The notes under the pieces: model-generated | Seen by the model: the letters and a program-made list of their open reading frames with translations, nothing else | Told to the model about the DNA's origin: nothing | Database searches by the model: none | Made by a program: the position numbers and the translations under genes | Shown here: in pieces, positions 27,161-39,300 of the stretch | How positions within the stretch are numbered: the stretch's first letter is position 1 | Layout: each line of letters begins with the position of its first letter | Assembly (NCBI GenBank): GCA_947460345.1 | Contig: CANHGM010000006.1 | Location: forward strand, 30,456 to 94,455 | DNA length: 64,000 nucleotides | Reading direction: 5' to 3' | From: Bacteroidota bacterium | Lineage (GTDB): Bacteria; Bacteroidota; Bacteroidia; UKL13-3

Positions 27161-30100
27161 ATGATCAAAAGCAAATTACTAATTTTATTTGTTCTATTAA
27201 ACTTTGGGCTCCAAGGTCAAATGAATGGAACATTTGGAAATGAGTGGATAAATTTCACTCAAAAGTATTTAAAAATAAAAGTAGCTAAAGATGGTATATA
27301 TGTAATAAACTATAACAATCTTTCAACATCAGGTATTACAGCTGCTGAATTATCAGCCATTAAACCAAATAATATTCAAATGTTTTATAGAGGTATAGAA
27401 ATACCTATATATGTTTCTGCACAAGGCAATAATTCTTTTGGTAGTAATGATTGGATAGAGTTTTATGGTTTAAAAAATGATGGCAAATTAGATAAACCTT
27501 TATTTAAAAAACCAGATTGGCAACCACAAGACTATAAGTCATTTTATAACGATACATCTGTGTATTTTTTGACATGGACAACCTCAACACCTGGAAAAAG
27601 ATTGGTTTATTATTCGAAGACAGACTATAACAATTATAGCCCTCTTAGTCATTTTATACAAAAAGATGCTATTACTTTTAATACCTACTATGATGGCATG
27701 AATTATACCCAACAACTGCTTTACCATCAACCATCTGATTTTACTGAAGGAGAAGGTTATATATCAGCTACTATATGGAACAAAGCTGATGTAAAAATTC
27801 CATTCTCTATTATTGATTTATATAAGAACGGTTCGGATGTGAATTTTAAAACAGAAATCTTTGGGGTTAGAGATTCATACCGTTCTCAAAATGGATATAG
27901 CCATCACGTAAAAGCAAGAGTATATAAAACAGTTAATAAAATTAATACTACTCTAGATTCAATTTTCTTATATTATTTAGAATACGAGCATCCAAATATT
28001 GAATTTAATTTGTCTCCAAATTTACTTGATACAGGCATTAATTCAATGACTGCTTATTTCAATATTGTAAATGATTTAGGAATATTGAGCGATAAGAACT
28101 TTTTGCATAAAATAGAAATAGAATATCCAAAATTGTTTAAAGCCAGAAAAGCAAGCCAGTTTGCCATGTTCCTTCCAAGCGTTGGTTTAACAGATTCATA
28201 TATAAACTTTCCCGATTATGGAAACGGATCAAAAAACAATGCTTATATATATGATTTTGACAATGGATACAAAGTAGCTTGTACTGTTGTAGGAAGTGAC
28301 TTAAAAGTAATCATACCAGGCAATAACCAAGAAAGAAAAGTATATATAGCAGATAGTACTGATAGAATTTCAATTGCATCAATGTCAGTAACTACATTTA
28401 ATAAAATAGATATATCAAGTGGAACAAACTACTTAATAGTTTCACATAAAAACTTTGCTTCTTCTACTATAAAATATGCAAAGTATCGTGACTCTACTTC
28501 TTTCAAAACTCAAATTACATGGATAGATGAACTTTACGATCAATTTTGTTACGGATATAACAGCCCATTAGCTATAAGAAACTATTCAAATTATATGCTT
28601 CAAAACAATGATGTAAAACCTAATTATTTATTGTTGATAGGCAAAGGTATCCAAACAGATTTTGCACGAGCATTAAGCAATATAAACTTTGTGCCAACTT
28701 GGGGGGTTCCTGGTACTGATGCGTTATTAACCGCAGGTTTAGATGGAACAACATATGAATCAGCTATTCCAACGGGTCGCATCCCTGCTGTAATAGACTC
28801 ACAAGTGCTTATATACTTAACAAAAGTAAAAATATACGAGAAAGATATAAATACACCAGCCTTATGGAAAAAAAGTATATTGCATACAGGTGGTGGGTTA
28901 GACCAGTTTCAAACCTCTGGGCTTAAATCACAGTTACAGAGCTTGCAAAGTATTGCTGAAAGTGACTCGTTTGGAGCAGTAACTTCTGAATATTATAAGT
29001 TTCAAACGATACCCGTAACCAATTCACTTGAAGAGGCCATAAGAGTAGAACTTAAAAACGGTAAATCTATGACATTCTATTTTGGTCATGGTGCATCAGA
29101 TAGAATGGAAATAGATATGGGCGATCCTCAAAATGCTCAAAATCTAAATAAATTACCCGTGATGATGACAGCTGGATGTTTATTAGGGAATTCATACTTT
29201 GCCTCATCACCTCAAATGGGAGAAAAGTGGCTGTTTGCCAATAAAGAAAAAAACAATACAATTGATGCTTATGGAGCAGTAGCTTGGATAGGTAATTCGT
29301 GGTATGGATATATAAGTCAGCTTGGCGATTATTTTCATAATTTTTATTCAAATGCATTTAATAAAAACTATGGTAACACTTTAGGCAATATAATGAAAAG
29401 TGCTGTAATAGATAACCAAGACACAAGTTCTGTGTTGATAGAAAGTCATTGCAAACAAGTAGTTTTGATGGGTGACCCTGCATTAAAAATATATAGTCCT
29501 AAATATCCAGAATATTTACTTGCCAATAAATTTACAGCTGCAGGAATACCAGCGAGTTTAAGTATGTACCCTGCAGATATTACTGCTTTATCTGATTCAT
29601 TTGCAGTTAAAGTCACTATATATAATCAAGGTAAATCTACCAGCGATAGTATTAAAGTAAGAGTAACTCGTAAATTTCCTGATGGAAGACCTATAAAAAC
29701 ATATGATGATATAACCGTATTGTCGCCTAAATTTAGTACAGATGTATATTTCTGGATTAAATCAAAAGACATAACCACTAAGGGTTTAAACACCTTTACA
29801 GTAGAAGTAAATCCTGATAGAAAAGTAAATGAAAATGGAGCGTATTCTAACAACAAAATGAGTATAGATTATACCATTGCTGATAATAATGCTTCTATAA
29901 TATTCCCGTATCAATATTCTACCGTATCCAATAAAAATGTAACAATTATGGTTCAAGCTGCAGCAAGCGGGGTAAATAATTATGCATTTAAATGTGAAGT
30001 TGACACCAGCTATAAATTTAATAGCCCTGCATTACAATCTAAAATTGTAACAGGATCAAGTGTTACCAATATAAACTTTACGTTGCTTGACCGTGATTCA

Positions 30101-32230
30101 TTGGCTTATTATGTAAGAGTTAAATTAAATGACACTATATATAAAGTTTGGGATTACCATACATTCTCTTATATCAAAAACTCTTTGCCAGGCTGGGCAC
30201 AAGTTGATTATCCGCAATACTCAAAAGCATTACCTGATCAAATTTATATGAACGATGCTGAAAGAAGTTATTCATTTGCAAGCATGTCGTCTAACACTTA
30301 TTATTTTTATAGTGTAGGAGTAAACAGAGATCCCGGAAGAAATTTCTCAGCAAGGGTTTTCAGAAAAAACAATGGAGAAAATATGGCTATTGTGAATGGC
30401 CAAGTTAAAACAGGTTGGGGTATAGTAGCTATTGATCCAACTACAGAAATACCATATATGCCTTCACATCGCAAACAATATATATCGCCATCAGATGTAA
30501 ATGGAAATAGCGTTAAAACACCTACACCAGTATATTTATTTGATTCTACAGCTTTCGGACAAAAATATATAGATGAAATGAGTAGGTTTATAGATAGTAT
30601 TCCAACAGGTTATCGGGTTTTTGTTTTAAAAGGTGAAAATACAGGACTCAATAGCTTTAGTACTTTAGACCTTCAAATGTTTGTTAAAATTGGAAGTAAT
30701 TTAGCATATCTTAAAAAAATAAAAGACGAATGGCCATTAAACATAAAAGGGTTTAAAGGGAAGTCTGGATCTGCTTATCATGTTACTGCTGATACACTTG
30801 ACAAAAGCATTCCACCTGACAAACAAATAGTTATTATATCAGACCAACTTGGGGTAAAATTCACTGGTGGCAACTTAACATCTGAAAAAATAGGTCCTTC
30901 TAAAACTTGGGAAAAACTATATATAAAATCAGTTAATAACGATAATCCAAAAGATAAATTTACGTATCAAATTATTCCGGTAGATAAATATGGTAATGAT
31001 GTATATGTGACAAATTTACAAAATCTATCAAGTGATAGTTTTGACTTGACAATACTAGATGCTAATATATATCCAAATTTAAAAGTCATGGCTATATATA
31101 GTGATGATTCATTAAGAACACCTGAGAGTTTAAAGTATTGGATTATCAACTATAAAGGCGTGCCTGAAGGAACAGTACTCATAAATTTAGATAAAAAATG
31201 GTTACCAAAAGACACCGTAAACGAAGGCGATAGCATAAAATTTGCGATGCCATTTAAAAACATTTCACAGTTTGATTTTGATAGTGTTATGGTAAACGTT
31301 ACACTTACAGATTTTATGAATAACCAAACTGTATTATATAATGAAAAAGTAGGTGGAATAAAAACTGGAGACACCCTTTTTTATAAGCAATCTATAAGTA
31401 CTAGTGGTTTGTTTAAAACAAATAAAATCACTATAACTTTTAATCCAAATAATGCACAACCTGAACAATATTTATATAACAACACATATAATTTAAATTT
31501 TTATGTCAGACGAGATTTAGAAAACCCTTTGCTTGATGTTACTTTTGATGGTGTTAGAATATTTGATGGAGATTTAGTTTCTTGTTCACCTAAAATAGTA
31601 ATAACTGCTATAGATGAAAATAAAAACAAATTGATATCTGACACATCTCAATTAAATGTTAAGCTTAAATATCCTGATGGCAAAGAAGAAAAGATAAACT
31701 ATTCAAGTGCTCAAGTTAAATTTACACCAGCCGAATCTCAACAAAAGAAAGCAACTGTTGAATTTTCACCTGAAAAACTAGCAGATGGCGAATATACATT
31801 ATATGCACAAGCTATAGACGCTGCGGGAAACAAGGCAGGAAATCAGCCTTATATGATTAAGTTTAGAGTAAACAACAAACCATCCATTACTAGATTTTTC
31901 CCTTATCCAAATCCATTTACTAGCAAAGCAAGATTTGTGTTTACTATTACAGGCGAACAACCACCTCAAGATATTCGAATTCAAATAATGACAATAAGCG
32001 GTATTGTGGTTAAAGAAATATTTAAAGAAGATTTAGGATTAATACATATAGGCAATAACACTACTGATTACGCTTGGGATGGAACAGATCAATACGGAGA
32101 CAAGCTTGCCAATGGCGTTTATTTATATAAAGTAACTGCAAAGCTCAATGGTAAAGATATTGAATTAGTTGCTGATGATAATGAACAATATTTCAAAAGA
32201 GGCTTAGGTAAAATTGTAATTATGAGATAA
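27161..32230 (+). CDS. porU: T9SS C-terminal signal peptidase/sortase PorU (peptidase C25 family), unusually long
   Basis: 1689 aa from the ATG at 27161 (MIKSKLLILFVLLNFGLQGQ signal peptide). PorU-type N-terminus GNEWINFTQKYLKIKVAKDGIYVI. C25-like His/Cys pair (YFGHGAS .. MMTAGCLLGN). CTD-like C-terminus from FFPYPNPFTSK (31895..32227). Immediately followed by porV. Confidence 0.8.
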   Translation: MIKSKLLILFVLLNFGLQGQMNGTFGNEWINFTQKYLKIKVAKDGIYVINYNNLSTSGITAAELSAIKPNNIQMFYRGIEIPIYVSAQGNNSFGSNDWIEFYGLKNDGKLDKPLFKKPDWQPQDYKSFYNDTSVYFLTWTTSTPGKRLVYYSKTDYNNYSPLSHFIQKDAITFNTYYDGMNYTQQLLYHQPSDFTEGEGYISATIWNKADVKIPFSIIDLYKNGSDVNFKTEIFGVRDSYRSQNGYSHHVKARVYKTVNKINTTLDSIFLYYLEYEHPNIEFNLSPNLLDTGINSMTAYFNIVNDLGILSDKNFLHKIEIEYPKLFKARKASQFAMFLPSVGLTDSYINFPDYGNGSKNNAYIYDFDNGYKVACTVVGSDLKVIIPGNNQERKVYIADSTDRISIASMSVTTFNKIDISSGTNYLIVSHKNFASSTIKYAKYRDSTSFKTQITWIDELYDQFCYGYNSPLAIRNYSNYMLQNNDVKPNYLLLIGKGIQTDFARALSNINFVPTWGVPGTDALLTAGLDGTTYESAIPTGRIPAVIDSQVLIYLTKVKIYEKDINTPALWKKSILHTGGGLDQFQTSGLKSQLQSLQSIAESDSFGAVTSEYYKFQTIPVTNSLEEAIRVELKNGKSMTFYFGHGASDRMEIDMGDPQNAQNLNKLPVMMTAGCLLGNSYFASSPQMGEKWLFANKEKNNTIDAYGAVAWIGNSWYGYISQLGDYFHNFYSNAFNKNYGNTLGNIMKSAVIDNQDTSSVLIESHCKQVVLMGDPALKIYSPKYPEYLLANKFTAAGIPASLSMYPADITALSDSFAVKVTIYNQGKSTSDSIKVRVTRKFPDGRPIKTYDDITVLSPKFSTDVYFWIKSKDITTKGLNTFTVEVNPDRKVNENGAYSNNKMSIDYTIADNNASIIFPYQYSTVSNKNVTIMVQAAASGVNNYAFKCEVDTSYKFNSPALQSKIVTGSSVTNINFTLLDRDSLAYYVRVKLNDTIYKVWDYHTFSYIKNSLPGWAQVDYPQYSKALPDQIYMNDAERSYSFASMSSNTYYFYSVGVNRDPGRNFSARVFRKNNGENMAIVNGQVKTGWGIVAIDPTTEIPYMPSHRKQYISPSDVNGNSVKTPTPVYLFDSTAFGQKYIDEMSRFIDSIPTGYRVFVLKGENTGLNSFSTLDLQMFVKIGSNLAYLKKIKDEWPLNIKGFKGKSGSAYHVTADTLDKSIPPDKQIVIISDQLGVKFTGGNLTSEKIGPSKTWEKLYIKSVNNDNPKDKFTYQIIPVDKYGNDVYVTNLQNLSSDSFDLTILDANIYPNLKVMAIYSDDSLRTPESLKYWIINYKGVPEGTVLINLDKKWLPKDTVNEGDSIKFAMPFKNISQFDFDSVMVNVTLTDFMNNQTVLYNEKVGGIKTGDTLFYKQSISTSGLFKTNKITITFNPNNAQPEQYLYNNTYNLNFYVRRDLENPLLDVTFDGVRIFDGDLVSCSPKIVITAIDENKNKLISDTSQLNVKLKYPDGKEEKINYSSAQVKFTPAESQQKKATVEFSPEKLADGEYTLYAQAIDAAGNKAGNQPYMIKFRVNNKPSITRFFPYPNPFTSKARFVFTITGEQPPQDIRIQIMTISGIVVKEIFKEDLGLIHIGNNTTDYAWDGTDQYGDKLANGVYLYKVTAKLNGKDIELVADDNEQYFKRGLGKIVIMR

Positions 32231-32290
32231 TATAAATTAATAGATAATTAAATTAAATATTTTGCGTTTCATATATAACGCAACAAACAT

Positions 32291-33373
32291 ATGAGAAAAT
32301 ATATATTTAGTACTTCAATTTTTGTTTTAATAACATACATTTCAAATGCACAATTAAGAAAATATAGCAATGAGTTTTTGAACTTAGGTGCTGGGGCAGC
32401 TTTTGCAGGTATGGGAAATGCAGGCGTTGGTCATATAGATGATGCAAGTGCTGGATATTGGAACCCTGCAGGTTTGATAAAAATGAAAGGTAAGTTTCAA
32501 TTATCGCTTATGCATTCACCCTATTTTTCAGGAATTGCCAACTTTGATTATGGCTCAATTGCTAAAAAAATTGATGAAAATAATGCCATTGGACTTTCAG
32601 TCATTAGATTTGGAATTGACAACATACCCAATACTTTAGATTTAAAAGATGCAAGCGGGCAAATTAATTACAACAGAATTAAAACTTTTTCTGTTGCCGA
32701 TTATGCAGTTTTACTTTCATATGCTAGACAGATAAGTGAAAACAGTTCGTTAGGTGGAAGTGCAAAAATAATAAGAAGAACTATTGGAAGTTTTGCCAGT
32801 GCCTGGGGGTTTGGAATTGACTTTGGTTATCAAAAAAAGATACAAGATTGGGAGTTTGGCCTTGTAGGTAGAGATATTACTTTTACATTCACTGGATGGA
32901 AAATGACCTTGAGTGAAGCAGATAAAAACAATTTATTGAAAGCAGGGAATCAAATACCAGTTTCTTCTTTAGAAGTTACTTCACCCAGAATCATTGGAGG
33001 TGTATCTAGAAAATTTGACTTAAATGAGAATATGACTTTACGAGGAAGTATAGATATGCATATTACTGTTGACGGTAAAAGAAATACATTAATTAAAACC
33101 AATGCATTTAGTGCTGCACCTCAATTAGGATTTGAGTGTGGTTATAAAAAGCTTGCTTTCTTAAGATTGGGTGCTACAAACTTCCAACACCAAAAAACAA
33201 TTGACCAAAAAAGTATATTAACCTTGCAACCTACCATTGGTGCAGGAATAAAACTAAAAGCATTGGTCATAGATTATGCATTTACTGATATTGGTAACGT
33301 TTCAGCTGCACAATATTCACATATATTTTCATTAAAATTCACCATTGGTGAAAGCGAAGAATATACTTATTAG
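32291..33373 (+). CDS. porV: T9SS outer-membrane beta-barrel protein, PorV/PorQ family (PorV by position)
   Basis: 360 aa with signal peptide. N-terminal motif FLNLGAGAAFAGMGNAGVGHIDDASAGYWNPAGL and beta-barrel periodicity. 60 nt downstream of porU. Confidence 0.7.
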   Translation: MRKYIFSTSIFVLITYISNAQLRKYSNEFLNLGAGAAFAGMGNAGVGHIDDASAGYWNPAGLIKMKGKFQLSLMHSPYFSGIANFDYGSIAKKIDENNAIGLSVIRFGIDNIPNTLDLKDASGQINYNRIKTFSVADYAVLLSYARQISENSSLGGSAKIIRRTIGSFASAWGFGIDFGYQKKIQDWEFGLVGRDITFTFTGWKMTLSEADKNNLLKAGNQIPVSSLEVTSPRIIGGVSRKFDLNENMTLRGSIDMHITVDGKRNTLIKTNAFSAAPQLGFECGYKKLAFLRLGATNFQHQKTIDQKSILTLQPTIGAGIKLKALVIDYAFTDIGNVSAAQYSHIFSLKFTIGESEEYTY

Positions 33374-33375
33374 TT

Positions 33376-36300
33376 CTATCTTAACAGGTGAATTTCACCA
33401 TTTCTAACATGTTTTTTATAACTAAAATCAACAAACTCTATTCTATAAAAATATACATCTTGTTGGCATGTTTTACCATTATTATCAAATAAACCATTCC
33501 ATCTTTCATATATATTGCTTGTTGTAAAAACAACCTCACCCCATCGGTTATAAACAGCTAACTTATAGCTTCTAACTCCATCAAACAAACCATCAGGTCC
33601 CCAAGTTTCGTTTAAATCATCAGTATTGGGTGTGAATGCATTTGACAAAAAGAATGTATGACTAGGAATTACTTGAATGCTTTTATATATTGTATCTGCA
33701 CAATTGTATGGATTATAGCTAACAAGCATTACATTAAAATTGCCAGTATCAGTATATGTGTGATTCGGATTCTTAGATTGCGAAAAATTACCATCCCCAA
33801 AATTCCAAAACCATCTATTTGATGATACTGATGTGTTTACAAAATGGGCTTCTAAATTTAATGTAGATATGGTGTAAAATGAAGGTTCAAAATCAGCGAT
33901 TGGTTTTTCATTAACAATTATAGGAATGCTATCTTCCCAAGTATGAGTACAACCAGCATTGCTTTTTACGGTAAGTTTAGGTTGATATAAACCACTAAGA
34001 ACATACGTGTGACTTCCATTTTGGTTATAGCTAGTGTATCCATCGCCCCAAGACCATTGCCAGTCAATGATAGTATCTCGTTTGCATAAAGATTTGTCAA
34101 CTGTATTTAATAAAAAAGGTTCACAACCCACATGCTTATTTACTATATATTGAGACTTAGGTAAAGGATGCACTATCGCTGATCCATTGAATGCAGAAAC
34201 ACAACCCAAATCTGACCTACAAATTAATATTGGTATAAAATCACTATCATGTGTATATATATACTTATGTGCTGGATTATATATATATTCTATTTTAGAT
34301 TTACCATCACCATAATTCCAGAAGTATTCAACAATTTGACCAGAATCTATTGAAGACAAATTTTCAAATAAAGTACTATCACCTATGCATACATCGTTTG
34401 TCCTAAAGAACGTTTTAGGAGATGGATTAATATATATATCTTGAGAAAGAGTATCTATGCATCCAAAATTTGTAGTATTAAAAAGTGTAATGGTGTGTAT
34501 ACCCCATTTTACAAACAAATGTTTAACTGACATAAAAGGCCGTGTATATATACTTTGTGTTTGATCACCCCATAACCACTGCTGTTGTATTATAGTATCA
34601 GTAAGCATATACGAATGATCTTCTATTAAAGATGAATCATTACTACATGCTGCTACAAAACTAAAGTCCATAATAGGTTGTGAATGTATACTTACAATTT
34701 TTGACAGTGTGTCTTTACATCCAAAATTTGATTCAGTAATTAGAGTTAAATTGTATTTACCCGGGTTTGAATATAAATGACTAATGGATTTATCTATACT
34801 TGAATCCATTTTTGAATCACCCCAAAACCAAAAACGTTTATATATATTTCCTGATGAAATGGCACTTGAATCAATCGCTTCAATTGAATCATAAATACAA
34901 ACATCATTTACAAAAATATGAGCTGTAGGTTTTGCGTATACTGTAACCGCATATTCGAATGAATCAATACAACCTTTGCCAGAGAGAGTATGTAACATTA
35001 CTTGATATAAACCTTCTTTGTTATATAAATGGCTTGTGAATTTATTGAATTGATTAGAAACAAACTCAGTAGAATCGCCCCAGTTCCATTTCCATTGTAA
35101 TATATTTCCATTCACAATTGTTGATCTATCTTCAAATAATAGCGAATCATAAATACAATTATTTTGAACTATAAATGAAGGTTTAGGAATAGTATACACT
35201 TGTGCAAGACTACTAGATGAGTCGATACAGCCTTTATCACTAGTAAGTATAAGTTTTACTTGAAATGTATTAGGATAAGAATACAAATGTGATAAACTGT
35301 TTTTAGTACCTGAATATGAACTTGTAGTTGAATCACCCCAAAACCAATCCCACTTTATAATGTTTCCATTAGTGATGTATGAGCTATCAATAAATAAAGT
35401 AGAATCAAACAAACATTTTTCGATAACAGAAAAACGAGCTGAGGGCATTGGTAAAACCTCAACCGAATCGACAATTGAGTCTGAGCAATTATTGTTAGAA
35501 ACAACAACTAATGATATATAATATTTGCCAGCACTACTATAAGAGTGAATTGGATTAATTGAAGTATCAATAGTTCCATCACCCCAAAACCACTTTCTTT
35601 TATAGGTTCCACCTGCAAGTGTCGAACTATCTATGGTTTGAAATAAATTGCCTGACAAACAATATTGCTTTTGATTGATTGAGAAAATTGATTTGGGAGA
35701 AGGAAATAACTGAATGTTTTTTTGTAAAGAATCTATACATCCACTATCAGATATATTAGTTAAAGTAATTCTATAATTACCCCATTGAGTATATGTTTTT
35801 TGTAGTTGACTAGAAGTATCAAAAGAATTATCACCTAGATTCCACTTACGCAAATAGAGTCCGGTTGGAATAGTAGAAGTATCAGTGACAGTAAACAGAT
35901 GACCATTAAAGCATTGATTATACTTGTCGACAACAAAGCCTGTTTGAGGTATAGGGGCTATATATATTTGTTTACTAAAAGTATCTTTACAAAGAAAATT
36001 ACTGGTAACTATTTGACTAAGGGTGTAAAAACCTGGATTATTATATTTTTTATATAATACATTTTTATTATTTTTATCTATAGTACTGTCATTGTTTCCC
36101 CAATAGTATTTACATGAAACAATAGTATCATGTAGAACAGTTGATTGATTATTTAATAGGATAGAATCGTATAAACATTTGTTATCAGTAGAAAACAAAG
36201 CATTGGGTTTTTCGTATATAATCAAAGTTTTTGAGACAGTATCTTTACATCCAATATTTGAAACAGTTTTTAATTGAATTGTATAGGTGCCTGAAATATT

Positions 36301-39300
36301 ATATTGATTTCTAAGTTTAGTATTTCCTATAGAAAAAATTGTATCACCATTGCTGCTATATATATATGAACTATCAATATAACCACTACTTATAGTTGAG
36401 TTAGGAGTAAATAACACTGAGTCATCAGTACATGAATTGTTAAATGAAAACTGTGCCTTAGGTGCAGGATATATATGAATATTTCTTGTGGTTGAATCTT
36501 TACACAAATTGCCTGATTGAACATATAATTTTACCAAAAAATTTCCCGTATCTGAATACATATGTTTAGGGTTTTGTAAAGTATCAGAATTATTATCTCC
36601 AAATTCCCACTTCCATAAATAGATATGGCCAAAGCTCATATACGAACTATCGATTAATTTTACAGAATCATTAATACATGGATTTTCAAGGCCTATAGCA
36701 GCTATTGGGTTTGAGTTCACTGTATATGCTATATTAATAGTATCCATACAACCCATACTACTGATAGTTTTAAGGCTAATTTGATACGTACCGACTGAAT
36801 CATATTTATGCTTAAAATTGTTTTTGGAATTATAGCTCACAGAGTCACCATCACCAAAATTAAATTCCCAAGAAACGATACTTCCACTATCTACTGTACT
36901 TAAATCAATAAAGTTAACACTGTCTTTATAACAAATATTGGGGAGTGTAAAATTTGAATTAGGAATTGGTTTTATATATATGTTTTTGATAATACTATCT
37001 ACACAACCTTTGTTAGAGATAGCTTTAAACATTACTTTTTTCCAGCCACCATCAGTATAAAAATGCTTAATATTAAAAGGATTGTTTGCATAAATACTTG
37101 TACTGCTGTCTCCCCAATCTGTATAAATATTGGATATTTGTGTGCTATATATATATGATTGATTTGTAAATAGAATACTGTCAGAAGCACAGGCAGAAAA
37201 ACCTATAAATTGTGCAATTGGGAACGTATCAATTTGAATACTTTGATATAATGTGTCTTTACACCCAAAGGAGTCTTCAACTGCAAGGGAGATATTATAA
37301 GATTTATTGATTCCAAATTTGTGCTTTAATTGAAAAGTATTATTAAAAGAGTCTGTTACTCCATCTCCAAAATTCAAATGCCAATCAATAATAGGAAAAC
37401 TAGATGCTATACTTTTATCTTCAAAAAGAGTAGAGTCGTTTACACATAATCTTGAAATAGATAAGAGAGCTGAAGGCGTATCGTATATAGAAACATTTTG
37501 CACTAATGTATCTTTACAACCTTGTGTAGACTCAACAATAAGTTTTAACTGATAAGCGTTTGATGAAATATAAAGATGTGAAATATTAGACTTTTTTGAT
37601 ATATATATAGTTGAATCAGCATCACCCCAATACCATTTCCATTTACTTATTGAGGTACTTGTTATAACAGAAGAATCTATAACATATAAAGAATCTCCTA
37701 AACATTTATTTGTGTAAAAAAAGCTAGCTTTTGGCTTTTCATATATAGTTATATTTTTGGACAAAGTATCTTCACAACCTGTACCCGATGATATATATAG
37801 TTTGACTCTATAATTACCACTAGTTTGATATCTATATTTGAATGTACTTAAATTACTAGTAAGAGTATCGCCATTTCCCCAATCCCAGAATCTAGTGTTT
37901 ATTCCACTGCCAGTGCTGATATCTTTGATTAATATTGAGTCTTGCTCACAGCCATTATTAAAAGTAAAATTTGCCGCTGGAACTGCATGAACTAAAACAC
38001 TTTGTGTTAAAGAATCTAAACATCCTAAATTACTTGTTGTAACTAATTTTACTGTATAAGTACCAGCGTTTGCATATACTTTTTTAAATAAGTTTGAGTG
38101 AGCTAAAATTGTATCTTTTCCGTCACCAAAATACCAATGATATGATGTTATAGAACCGCTTAAAATTGTAGAAGTATCATCTAAGTATGACGTATCACCT
38201 AAACATACCGTATTGTATGTAAATCCAGTTTTAGGTTTTGGAGTAATAGTTATATTTTTAATGCTTGTATCATAACATCCATCATTGTTTTGAGTGATTA
38301 ATTTAACAGAATAGTTACCATTAGAAACATATAATTTATTAAAACTACTTATAGCTGTTGAATATGATTTGCTACTAGCATCACCAAAACTCCAATTCCA
38401 GTTTTTTATAGTACCATAAGGGATATATGAAGAATCAATTATGGATATTGAATCTTTTTCGCAACCATCTATAATTGAAAACTTTGAAACAGGTGATGAT
38501 TCAATGCTAAATTGTTTAAAAAGAGAATCTGAACATCCCGTTGAGCAATCTACCCCAACAATTCCAATTTTATAATTTGAACCTGAAGAATATTGATGTT
38601 TGGCCGTAATATTTCCTATATTATTATATAAAGTATCAATATTATTATCGCCCCATTTTATGATTGTTTTATAACAACTGTAATTGGTTTTAAATAATCC
38701 ATTGAGTGTTGAGGAATCGTATAATAAAATTGAATCTTGTATGCATGAATCGAGTATGGAAAAATTAATAGTAGGGCTTTGTTTTATAGTCAAAGAAATA
38801 CTGTCAGTTGAATAACAATTTCCTGTAGAAAAAGTCGTAAGTTTTACGGTATATGTTCCAGCAGCATTATATTTATGTGTTGGATTTACAGCTGAAGATG
38901 TACTTCCATCGCCAAAATTCCAAGACCTGCCTACAACACTATATGAAACAACAGTACTTGAATCATAAAATTTTACATTATCGTTGCTACAATTATTACT
39001 AAATCTAATTTTTGGAATTGGTAATGAATATATTTTTACTTTGTATATAGTTGAGTCTTTAGAATCACAGTCGTTGCCATTACTCTTGGTAGTTACAAGC
39101 GAAACAATATACACCCCTGTATCACTATATATATGAGATGGATTTTGAACAGAATCGTAACCGCCATCGCCAAAGTTCCACTGCCATTTAATGGGAGTAT
39201 ATACACAACTTCCTTTGAAATAAACGGGTTCACCTTTACAGGTAGCTGTGGCTGTACCATATTTTAAAGCGATACTCTGAGTTAAATTTTTAATATTAGC

